From the IMG/VR virus record IMGVR_UViG_3300023371_000434: a DNA stretch of 21,838 nt; one strand, 5' to 3'. Shown piece by piece: positions 8,616-19,625 of the stretch. Under the pieces are notes generated by a model. The model saw only the letters and a list, made by a program, of their open reading frames with translations. It was not told the DNA's origin and did no database searches. Within the stretch, counting starts at the first letter, position 1. The number at the start of each line of letters is the position of its first letter. The position numbers and the translations under genes are program-made. Source of the stretch: a virus.

Positions 8616-8644
8616 ATTATACACTACGTATATACGTATGTCAA
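8616..8644 (-). promoter_or_regulatory. Perfect-consensus sigma70 promoter with a palindromic operator in the spacer
   Basis: TTGACA (8639-8644), 17 nt, TATAAT (8616-8621); spacer contains the 14-bp palindrome TACGTATATACGTA (8625-8638). Confidence 0.9.
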
Positions 8645-8710
8645 TACTTTTTATAAACTTTTTTTAATATTTTTAAAAAGCCTACAGTTTATGGAACTGT
8701 AAGCTCTATT

Positions 8711-9133
8711 TTATATCTCTCCAAACTCTTTGGCTGTCATATATATAACTTTATTCATTGTATTGTAATATGTATCTTTAGATATTCCGTTATTCATTTG
8801 TGTATATATTTGATTTTTACCTTCTTTAAAAATCAATTCTACAACTTCCATTTCTTCTGGTATTAATCTTTTATAAACTTTTTCTATAGCTCTTATTTTC
8901 TTTTCTATTGTTATCATTCTTCTCGTACTAGTTTGTTCTATTATTTTTACAGCTTTTCTTTCAGTTGGATTTCCTGTAGCATTTCCTTTAGGTTGTCCGT
9001 CTGGTGGTAATGCAGATTCTTCTATAATCTCTTTTTCTAATTCTTCAAATTCTTTACAATTATCCCAATATTGATATAATTCATTCTTCACGTATTCTCT
9101 TATTTTGTAGGGTATCTTGTACTGTTTCCTCAT
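8711..9133 (-). CDS. ArpU/sigma-70-like late transcription regulator
   Basis: 140 aa; C-terminal region4-like HTH (LIPEEMEVVELIFKEGKNQIYTQMNNGISKDTYYNTMNKVIYMTAKEFG); position before the late switch. Confidence 0.7.
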   Translation of the reverse strand: MRKQYKIPYKIREYVKNELYQYWDNCKEFEELEKEIIEESALPPDGQPKGNATGNPTERKAVKIIEQTSTRRMITIEKKIRAIEKVYKRLIPEEMEVVELIFKEGKNQIYTQMNNGISKDTYYNTMNKVIYMTAKEFGEI

Positions 9134-9148
9134 ACTCTTCCTCCTTTG

Positions 9149-9403
9149 TTACTTAATAAGATTTATAAGCACTTTTATTTTACTTATCTCTACTGTTGTA
9201 TCAGCCCAACCTCTTCTTTCTGCTTCTTCTACCAGTGCTATTATCTCCTGTATTATTTTCTCTGTATCATCAAAAGCACATCCTCTGCATCCCATTTTTT
9301 CTACATTACAACTTGATTGTTCTTTTCCTGTGCATTTCATATACTCTCTCCTTTCGTATATCTTACTTCTTTTTAATTCTTTTAGCATTTGTTCTATGTT
9401 CAT
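9149..9403 (-). CDS. Hypothetical protein with Cys motif
   Basis: 84 aa ORF; CxxxKMGCRGCAF. Confidence 0.5.
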   Translation of the reverse strand: MNIEQMLKELKRSKIYERREYMKCTGKEQSSCNVEKMGCRGCAFDDTEKIIQEIIALVEEAERRGWADTTVEISKIKVLINLIK

Positions 9404-9418
9404 TTGCTATTCTCCTCT

Positions 9419-9526
9419 TTAAAAATCTTTTACCATTTTATATACTACATATATTCCTAACCCCATTATTGCTATTGTAAATATTATAAGTGCTATTATA
9501 AAAATTGTTGCTACTATATCTAACAT
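9419..9526 (-). CDS. 35-aa single-pass membrane peptide
   Basis: MLDIVATIFIIALIIFTIAIMGLGIYVVYKMVKDF*. Confidence 0.4.
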   Translation of the reverse strand: MLDIVATIFIIALIIFTIAIMGLGIYVVYKMVKDF

Positions 9527-9530
9527 ATCT

Positions 9531-9668
9531 TTATCTCTCCTCTCTAAATATATTTTTTAGTATTTTCTTTAATTTGCCTTTTCTTTTCTCTTTTAGGCTT
9601 TCCACATATTGTTGTATATCTTCTTTTGTTACAATCAAATCAAATTCATCCATCCATTCTGCATACAT
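9531..9668 (-). CDS. 45-aa hypothetical protein
   Basis: MYAEWMDEFDLIVTKEDIQQYVESLKEKRKGKLKKILKNIFREER*. Confidence 0.4.
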   Translation of the reverse strand: MYAEWMDEFDLIVTKEDIQQYVESLKEKRKGKLKKILKNIFREER

Positions 9669-9675
9669 ATTTGTA

Positions 9676-10016
9676 TCACTCCTTATTTATTTTTTTATCT
9701 AGTTGTTTTACTGCTTTAATAAGTTCATTTATTTTATTAAAATGATTTTTCATTGATTCTCTTGTATCAAAAACTGTATTTGGTTTTAATTCTTCAATAG
9801 CTTGTATATCTATATCTTGTTTTTCTTCTATTAATTCAAATTCTGCATTTGCAATATGTTCATCTGTCCAATGTAACATTAAAGGTTCATCACCTTCATA
9901 AATAGTAAATCCATCAAATTCACATATTGTATCTTTGTATCTTAATTTAGTCCCGTTTTGTTATTTCTTTTTCTGCAATCATTCTTAATATTTCCCATCC
10001 GTTTATATGTTTTCAT
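9676..10016 (-). CDS. Hypothetical phage protein needing two +1 shifts (CGGA at 10001, CGGG at 9955)
   Basis: MKTYK-[C][17 protein letters not shown]-[C][48 protein letters not shown]...; the ORF track shows only the 3' part (9676..9879). Confidence 0.75.
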
Positions 10017-10375
10017 TCCATTTTCTCCCCTTTCCTCTTGGTTTTGCTAAACCTGTTCTATATGCGTGTTTTTCATTTTCACTTTGATTACACCATTCCA
10101 AATTATCTATCCTATTATTAGTTTTATCTCCATCTTTGTGATTTACTTGAGGTTTATTCATAACATTTGCAATAAAGTATTGTGCAACTAAAATATGTAC
10201 TTTTTTAGTTTTATGTATGTTATTTATACTTAAACCTACTGTATGATAACCATATCTATTTGGAGTTGATTTTAATATTTTTTCTTTTCCGAATTTTAAG
10301 GATTTAACTCTGCCTAAATTACTTATTTGATATATGCCTTCATATCCGTTTTATATCTCGCCATTCTTCTTCCAA
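10003..10375 (-). CDS. NUMOD4-HNH homing-type endonuclease needing +1 at CGGA (10348)
   Basis: TTG start: MEEEWRDIK-[C][45 protein letters not shown]...[33 protein letters not shown]; canonical NUMOD4 and HNH motifs span the shift. Confidence 0.85.
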
Positions 10376-10377
10376 GT

Positions 10378-10542
10378 CTATTCCTCCACTTCTTTAACAT
10401 CGAAACCTTCTCGCTCCAATGCTTCTTTTAATTCCTCTTCTGTTGTTCCTACTACTCCTAAATACATATCTTTAAATATGTCTGCAATTGTTTCTATTTC
10501 AAATTCATCACATTCTACTTCGTATTTTCCAAATATATACAA
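10378..10542 (-). CDS. 54-aa hypothetical protein (TTG start)
   Basis: MYIFGKYEVECDEFEIETIADIFKDMYLGVVGTTEEELKEALEREGFDVKEVEE*; SD GGAGG. Confidence 0.5.
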   Translation of the reverse strand: MYIFGKYEVECDEFEIETIADIFKDMYLGVVGTTEEELKEALEREGFDVKEVEE

Positions 10543-10544
10543 CT

Positions 10545-10751
10545 CTATTCCTCCTCATAATAATCATCTTCAAAAAATCCCAATTTGTATTCTTCCTCAA
10601 ACGTTAATAGTTTACCATTTTTGTAAACATCAAATGCACAATGACCATTATCATAAGACCATAACCAATTTTGTCTAAACCATCTTAATATCTTATCTAT
10701 ACTTTCATTTTTATAACTATCAATTTTACAATGATACTGCCAAATATCAAT
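10545..10751 (-). CDS. Hypothetical acidic protein with no canonical start codon
   Basis: Open frame KIDIWQYHCKIDSYKNESIDKILRWFRQNWLWSYDNGHCAFDVYKNGKLLTFEEEYKLGFFEDDYYEEE*; ATT or another unusual initiation needed. Confidence 0.4.
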   Translation of the reverse strand: MDIWQYHCKIDSYKNESIDKILRWFRQNWLWSYDNGHCAFDVYKNGKLLTFEEEYKLGFFEDDYYEEE

Positions 10752-10757
10752 TTTCCA

Positions 10758-11010
10758 TTATTCCTCCTTTACTTTTTCTACTAGTCCTGCTTGGATTAGG
10801 TCAGTTAAAAGTTCTTTTTGATATTCTTCCCAACTACTTCCGCAAAAATCTTCAATGCATATAAAAATTGTTCTATCTTTATATATTGCTATGTAATCGT
10901 TGTATTCTAAGTCTTTAATATAAGCTTTGTGGCAAGCATCATCTAATCCTAATCTATATCCAAACTTCTCTAATTCTTTTAAATCTACTCCGTTCTTTTA
11001 TCTTTAACAT
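10758..11010 (-). CDS. Hypothetical phage protein needing +1 at CGGA (10992)
   Basis: SD GGAGG; MLKIKE-[C]GGA-VDLKELEKFGYRLGLDDACHKAYIKDLEYNDYIAIYKDRTIFICIEDFCGSSWEEYQKELLTDLIQAGLVEKVKEE*. Confidence 0.75.
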
Positions 11011-11423
11011 ATTTCCTCCTTTACTTTATAACAGTTAGCTTCAAACAATTCTTTTGTTAGTATTGTTTTGATATCAGCTTGATATATGTAATATTTCATA
11101 TCTGTTCCTTTAAATTGTGCTGTTCTGTATTGTGTCACTAACTTTCTTCCTCTATATTCTTCTGTTCCATCATCTAATGTTTCCCAATATTCAATTATAT
11201 CTATTACTAATTCACCATTCACATAGTCTCCTATTTTTGTTAAATCTATTGTATTAAATGAGTGTGTCTCTATGTCTTCTAATGTATGTACTCCATTTAC
11301 TAGTAGCACGTTACGTTTTCTATATCCAAAACCTTTTTCTTTTCTTGTTTCTGGTGTATTTACAGTTTTTACTTTTCTTATTAATCCTTTTTTAGTTCTA
11401 TAATACTCTCCTACTTCTATCAT
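11004..11423 (-). CDS. Hypothetical phage protein
   Basis: 139 aa ORF. Confidence 0.6.
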   Translation of the reverse strand: MIEVGEYYRTKKGLIRKVKTVNTPETRKEKGFGYRKRNVLLVNGVHTLEDIETHSFNTIDLTKIGDYVNGELVIDIIEYWETLDDGTEEYRGRKLVTQYRTAQFKGTDMKYYIYQADIKTILTKELFEANCYKVKEEIC

Positions 11424-11569
11424 ATTTCCTCCTTATATAAACCTTTTCCACAATTATAGCCACCATACATGCAAAGCATTGCAAGTATAAATGCATTTTG
11501 AGTTTTATTAAATATAATGATTCCAACTATAATTTCAACTATTCCAAATATAAAATCCATATATTTCAT
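11420..11569 (-). CDS. 49-aa small membrane protein
   Basis: MKYMDFIFGIVEIIVGIIIFNKTQNAFILAMLCMYGGYNCGKGLYKEEI*; overlaps the next start. Confidence 0.45.
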   Translation of the reverse strand: MKYMDFIFGIVEIIVGIIIFNKTQNAFILAMLCMYGGYNCGKGLYKEEI

Positions 11570-11582
11570 CTCATATTTCCTC

Positions 11583-11825
11583 CTATCTCATACCTTCAAA
11601 TTCTATATATCCTTCACGTTTTAATTTATTTAGTTTCTTGTCCATTTCTCTAAATCTTTCTTCTATTTTAATTACTTCTTTCTCTTCCAACATCTTCAAT
11701 ATCTCTTCCTTTGCTTTTATAAACTCTGCACTGTAACATATTGAATTTATGTATTTGTTATATATTATGTGTTTATCTAAGTTGTTTAAGATTTCTATTA
11801 TTTCGTTCATGTTGTTTCCTCCCAT
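11583..11825 (-). CDS. Hypothetical phage protein
   Basis: 80 aa ORF. Confidence 0.5.
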   Translation of the reverse strand: MGGNNMNEIIEILNNLDKHIIYNKYINSICYSAEFIKAKEEILKMLEEKEVIKIEERFREMDKKLNKLKREGYIEFEGMR

Positions 11826-12202
11826 CCAATTGCTAGTCTGATATACTTTATAACGTCATCTTCTTGCATAATTTTATTTTCAATAACTCTTTTAGAATAT
11901 TTGTCTATTCCTTCCATAACTTTTTTATTGAACTTATTTTCTTTTGCATTATCTTCTAATCTCATTAAGAACCATTTAAACATTTTTAACATAACTGTTT
12001 TTGGCATTTGTTCATCTTGTTGTTTTAACCAATCGTCAAATGTTTGTTGATTTTCAAAGCCTTCTATAAAAATGTTTTTTGAAACTTGTATCATTTTTAC
12101 CTCCTTTTTAATGGTAACGGACTTGTTAACTGTGTAAAAACTTCTTAAATCTTTAGAGCTGTAAGGTGGTAACTGAGTTAGCTGACTTTTTGTTAAACTC
12201 AT
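11807..12202 (-). CDS. Hypothetical phage protein; true start probably the internal MIQVSKN Met
   Basis: 131 aa ORF; plausible SD before the internal start. Confidence 0.5.
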   Translation of the reverse strand: MSLTKSQLTQLPPYSSKDLRSFYTVNKSVTIKKEVKMIQVSKNIFIEGFENQQTFDDWLKQQDEQMPKTVMLKMFKWFLMRLEDNAKENKFNKKVMEGIDKYSKRVIENKIMQEDDVIKYIRLAIGWEETT

Positions 12203-12321
12203 TCCTTATATGTTTTTATATAAGTGTACTTATATTTATATTTATTTATATTCTTATAACTCAGTTAAGTCAGTTAATATATATATTTATATATATTTAC
12301 AGTCAGTTACCAACTCAGTTA
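12127..12321. repeat. Iteron-like CAGTTA motif cluster in AT-rich intergenic DNA
   Basis: Direct copies at 12262, 12271, 12304, 12316; inverted copies TAACTG at 12127 and 12170. Confidence 0.45.
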
Positions 12322-12332
12322 ATACTTAGTTA

Positions 12333-14404
<2,072 letters not shown>

Positions 14405-14468
14405 TTATTACACCTGCCTTTTCTTTTGAGTAAAGGCAGCACAATTCCACTTATGCTGCCTCTTATTT

Positions 14469-14972
14469 CTAGCCCCAACCTAAATCTTCTTTTATTTCAT
14501 CTGATTCAGTAACAGGTATATTTGCTTTTTTGAATTTTTCTGCAATTTTAAAAGTTTTAAATCCTTTTTTATTTTTTCCATATTCAAGTGCATATTCTTC
14601 ATTAACAATTTTTTCATATATATTTAGTAACAAAATATTGTAATTTGCATAACCTTTAAATTCTACTATTTCGTCTGTTTCTAAACTTCTTAAAAACTCA
14701 TTAACAACATGTATTTGAAATCCTTCTCTTACTAATTGATTCATAAATATTAATCTTCCTTGATTTTTTCCATTTAATATTTCAAACCAAGTTGTTACCA
14801 TAGGGTCTCCTTTTTTAGATTGTCCTAATTCTAATTTTGTAATTTTAACTTCATATGTTCCTTCTTCAACTTCGTCATATTCTCCAAATTCTCTTGTTGA
14901 TGCATCTTGTACATCTTTCTCTAATCCTTCTATATCTACTTTACTATCAAATTCTTCCCAATTAATTGCCAT
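14469..14972 (-). CDS. DUF669-like phage ssDNA-binding-type protein
   Basis: 167 aa; EEGTYEVKITKLELGQSKKGDPMVTTWFEILNGKNQGRLIF pattern; next to Sak4-like ATPase. Confidence 0.75.
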   Translation of the reverse strand: MAINWEEFDSKVDIEGLEKDVQDASTREFGEYDEVEEGTYEVKITKLELGQSKKGDPMVTTWFEILNGKNQGRLIFMNQLVREGFQIHVVNEFLRSLETDEIVEFKGYANYNILLLNIYEKIVNEEYALEYGKNKKGFKTFKIAEKFKKANIPVTESDEIKEDLGWG

Positions 14973-15697
14973 TATTTTTTACCTCCATTTATAAATTCTT
15001 TTTTAAATTCTTCCACATTTAGTGGTATTCTAGTTTGTTGTAAACCTATTCTGTTTCCACCAAACACATAATCGTTATATGTAAAATCTAAATATCTTTT
15101 ATTATCATTATCTAGAATTACTCTTGCTGTAATATCTACCATTCCAGCTAGTTTTTTTGCTATTTTTTCTTGTAGGTTTACAGTGTAACTTGTAATACTT
15201 GTACCATTTTTAAAATTTACTTCTTCTACTTTGTCATGACTTAGTAAAACAATGTTATAATCACTGTTAATAATTCTTTTTATTATTGTTAAAAATTCTG
15301 TTTTAATCATGTCATAACCTTTTCCATATCCCGCATCTGATTCATGTTCTATTTCTAGTTTGTTATACATATAAACTCTACATGCTTCATATACATCTTC
15401 TATTAAATCTATAACTATTGTTTTGTAAGAGTGATTTCCTGCTATTATTTCATCTACTGCTTCTTTAAAAACTTCCCAAGCAAATTTTACTTTTTTTATT
15501 CTTCCCTCCATACTTACTTCATCTCTTATTGCTATATATGGAGCATCTACATATTGTATATTTCCATCTGTATTTAATATCAATGGTTCTGGAAATCCGT
15601 TAGCAAAAGTTGTTTTTCCACTCATAGGACTTCCATATAAATATAATTTTACTTTTTTAGATGCCTGAACATCTCTTTTTTTATTTTCTGGTAACAT
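14972..15697 (-). CDS. Sak4-like phage RecA-fold ATPase
   Basis: 241 aa; LYGSPMSGKTTFANGFP Walker A; synteny. Confidence 0.8.
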   Translation of the reverse strand: MLPENKKRDVQASKKVKLYLYGSPMSGKTTFANGFPEPLILNTDGNIQYVDAPYIAIRDEVSMEGRIKKVKFAWEVFKEAVDEIIAGNHSYKTIVIDLIEDVYEACRVYMYNKLEIEHESDAGYGKGYDMIKTEFLTIIKRIINSDYNIVLLSHDKVEEVNFKNGTSITSYTVNLQEKIAKKLAGMVDITARVILDNDNKRYLDFTYNDYVFGGNRIGLQQTRIPLNVEEFKKEFINGGKK

Positions 15698-15709
15698 CTT
15701 ATTTCCTCC

Positions 15710-16749
<1,040 letters not shown>

Positions 16750-16750
<1 letters not shown>

Positions 16751-17130
16751 TAGTCCTCCAATTCATCAATACTAAGTTGTTTATTAATTTTTTCAACAAA
16801 TACTTCGTTAGTTTCTTCATTAATTTTTAACTCATAGTCATATCCGACACTACCTTTATTTGTATTTTTAGTTTCTTTTATTTTTTCGCTTATTGAATAA
16901 TCAATTCTAGGTTCTTCCCATTCGATGTATTCGCCTTCCTCTGTTGTATCTCCGAAGTGAGAACTATCTAAATTTATCTTCAAATTAATTTCTGCTTCTC
17001 TTTTTCCTGTAACAACGATATTCATAAGTCTATTCAATATAATTTCCAGTTGATCCCTCATAGGTTTTAATAATTCACTATCTAAATCTAATTTTTGCAT
17101 TTTATAATTCCTCCTTTTTAAATAATTCAT
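16750..17130 (-). CDS. Hypothetical phage protein
   Basis: 126 aa ORF between VRR-NUC and helicase genes. Confidence 0.6.
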
Positions 17131-18331
17131 CTGTATAGTCTTTTCTTTGTTTCAATGTTTCAAGTATTTTTTCTTCAATTGAATTTTCAGTAATTAAGTA
17201 ATAATACATACAATTATTTTTTTGCCCTATACGATGAATACGTTTCTTCGATTGTTCAAATAATTCTGAACTTAGAGGCAAACTAAAATAAATTATTTTA
17301 TTTGCCTTTTGTAAGTTTAGTCCGGTTGCTCCTGCTTGATATTGTACAAATGTTACACTGTTATTGTATTTTTCATAATGCGTTAAGTCTTTCATATCTC
17401 CACAAACTATGCTTATATTCTTTTCTGTACATAATCTAGTAATCAATTTTCTTTCTTCATTAAAATTGTAAAAAATTATAAGTCTGTCATCTGTAGATTC
17501 TATTATGTCTTTAAGTGCTTGTAATTTATTTTTATTGTATTGTGCTGCTAATTGTCTTAAATATAAGAGCCTTGTAAGTGATGTGTCTCCAATTAGTTGT
17601 TTATCATCTAAAGTAATAAGTCTATCTGTCTTAAATCTCTTATATTCTTTTGTGTTTTCAACTTTTACTACATTATCGATTTGTTCTGGAAGTTCTATTG
17701 CTTCCTCTGTTTTCATGAATACTGCACCGTATTGAGCTAACCTTTGTTTTAAATGTTCAGTATTTTTATAACCTGTTACTTTAGGCATTTTATAACCATT
17801 TATTGGTATTAATATGTAATTTATATACATATTCCAAAATGTCTCTTTAGTAATTTTCCATCCTAACAATTTGCATTGTGTTAATAATTCTTCATATTTT
17901 CCTCCAGTTGGAGTTCCACTACATAAAATTAAATTTTTGAAATTTAAATTCATAATAAATTTTGTTCTTGATGCTTTTGAATTTTTTATGAACTGAGATT
18001 CATCTAAAATCAATGTGTAATTATTTAATCCTAGAAATTCTGATCTCCTCCATATTAAATCATAGTTTATTATCACTACTGTTTTATTTAATAATTGGTC
18101 TGGTAGATTATAAGTAAATACCTGGTATTCTGAATAATACTTTTTTATATGCATTTCCCATATTGAAACAACAGATTTTGGACAAACAATAACTACTAAA
18201 TTATCATTAAGTTCTTTCATTTTTTCTGATGCAACAAATGTCTTTCCTAATCCCATATCCAGATACAAAGCGCATCTAGTTTTTTCTTTTATCTGATTCA
18301 ACACTTGCTTTTGATGTGGATATAAGTCCAT
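17102..18331 (-). CDS. SNF2/DEAD-like phage helicase
   Basis: LYLDMGLGKT, ILDESQFIKN, VQYQAGATGLNLQKANKIIYF, RIHRIGQK motifs. Confidence 0.95.
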   Translation of the reverse strand: MDLYPHQKQVLNQIKEKTRCALYLDMGLGKTFVASEKMKELNDNLVVIVCPKSVVSIWEMHIKKYYSEYQVFTYNLPDQLLNKTVVIINYDLIWRRSEFLGLNNYTLILDESQFIKNSKASRTKFIMNLNFKNLILCSGTPTGGKYEELLTQCKLLGWKITKETFWNMYINYILIPINGYKMPKVTGYKNTEHLKQRLAQYGAVFMKTEEAIELPEQIDNVVKVENTKEYKRFKTDRLITLDDKQLIGDTSLTRLLYLRQLAAQYNKNKLQALKDIIESTDDRLIIFYNFNEERKLITRLCTEKNISIVCGDMKDLTHYEKYNNSVTFVQYQAGATGLNLQKANKIIYFSLPLSSELFEQSKKRIHRIGQKNNCMYYYLITENSIEEKILETLKQRKDYTDELFKKEEL

Positions 18332-18467
18332 TTTTTTCCTCCTTCAACTGGTTTATTTTTCGCCTTAATTCATCTGCAAACCTATAATCACTGCTATCCC
18401 AACAATCTTGCATTTGTAGCATAAAATATCTTCGCTCTAATTCTTCTAGTGTTTCTGGCATTGTCAT
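18276..18467 (-). CDS. Hypothetical protein
   Basis: 63 aa ORF. Confidence 0.4.
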   Translation of the reverse strand: MTMPETLEELERRYFMLQMQDCWDSSDYRFADELRRKINQLKEEKNGLISTSKASVESDKRKN

Positions 18468-18543
18468 TTCTCCTTTGACATATTTGTTTTTTCGTGTTAT
18501 ACTAAAACAAATATGAATTATTTTTTATGTTCTTATTTTTGAG

Positions 18544-18783
18544 TTAGTTTGTTGATTGGTAGTCGGAAACTAGCTCTTTTACTTTGTCTAATCTAACTTT
18601 TGGATTATTGTAATTATTGCTTTCTACTAGAATAATAATTTCATTTATTAAGTTCTTATCTTTCTTGTGTGTTTTTTCTTGACAATGTATAAAATAATCT
18701 CTTTCTGCTTTTTCATTTTCCAATGTTCTTACTGCTCTTGCTAATTCTAAACATCTTGATTCTAATTCTCTTTTTTTAGGCAT
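18544..18783 (-). CDS. Hypothetical protein
   Basis: 79 aa ORF. Confidence 0.5.
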   Translation of the reverse strand: MPKKRELESRCLELARAVRTLENEKAERDYFIHCQEKTHKKDKNLINEIIILVESNNYNNPKVRLDKVKELVSDYQSTN

Positions 18784-18798
18784 CCTTATTCCTCCTTT

Positions 18799-18900
18799 CT
18801 ATAAACCTAATATATTACAAGCTAGTCCATATAATAGACAGCCTAATATTGGTAATGTTATACATGATGTTCCTTTTAAAATTTCTTTTATCTTTTTCAT
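18799..18900 (-). CDS. 33-aa membrane microprotein
   Basis: MKKIKEILKGTSCITLPILGCLLYGLACNILGL*. Confidence 0.35.
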   Translation of the reverse strand: MKKIKEILKGTSCITLPILGCLLYGLACNILGL

Positions 18901-18913
18901 TTGTAACTCCTTT

Positions 18914-19198
18914 CTAAACTACTTTGTTTAGTTCTAAATTGATTTTTCTCTTTTGAAAGTCTACGTTTATTGTTTTACTTCTTGTTTTTCTTTTTATAGG
19001 TTTAATTTCTAATGTTTCTTGTGATTCTAATGTCTTTATTTCTACAAATTCTTTTATGTCTTTTGGGGCAAATCTATAATCTTTCGCTCCAATTTTGAAA
19101 CACTTTAAACCTTCATTTATAAACTTTATTATTGTTCTTGTGTCTTTTACTTTGAAGTATTGCTTTACTTCTTCCATTGTTAATAATGTTTCTTCCAT
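18914..19198 (-). CDS. Excisionase/HTH-like DNA-binding protein
   Basis: 94 aa; LTMEEVKQYFKVKDTRTIIKFINEGLKCFKIGAKDYRFAPKDIKEFVE. Confidence 0.6.
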   Translation of the reverse strand: MEETLLTMEEVKQYFKVKDTRTIIKFINEGLKCFKIGAKDYRFAPKDIKEFVEIKTLESQETLEIKPIKRKTRSKTINVDFQKRKINLELNKVV

Positions 19199-19221
19199 AT
19201 TTGCCCTCCTTTTTATCAGTT

Positions 19222-19446
19222 TTACTGAACTTTAAAATTAAAAAAATTTTTTGGAGATTTTCCTAATATTTTAGATATATTATTTATATTCGATATTTTA
19301 GGTTCTGAAATTCCATTCTCAATATTATAGTATGTAACTTTGCTTTTAAATCCTAATAATCTAGCCATGTCTATAATGGATAAACCTTTGTTTTTTCTCT
19401 CCCTTTTCAATTTTTCTGTATATACATACTGACTATATTTATTCAT
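19222..19446 (-). CDS. Cro-like HTH_XRE regulator
   Basis: 74 aa; KRKNKGLSIIDMARLLGFKSKVTYYNIENGISEPKISNINNISKILG. Confidence 0.8.
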   Translation of the reverse strand: MNKYSQYVYTEKLKRERKNKGLSIIDMARLLGFKSKVTYYNIENGISEPKISNINNISKILGKSPKNFFNFKVQ

Positions 19447-19479
19447 TCTACACCTCCCTGGTTTTGTTTTACTGTACTT

Positions 19480-19507
19480 ATTATATCAGAGCAACTGAAC
19501 TTGTCAA
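19480..19507 (-). promoter_or_regulatory. Early promoter overlapping an operator copy
   Basis: TTGACA (19502-19507), 16-nt spacer, TATAAT (19480-19485); operator-like CTGAACT at 19495. Confidence 0.8.
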
Positions 19508-19625
19508 TAGTTTTTCGAAAAAAGTTTTTTATAACTGAACTATCGTTAGAAGCTGTAAGAAAAAAAATTTTTATTGTTTACTTTTTCTGAACTATATGTT
19601 AGAATATTATTAGGAGTGATTTTAA

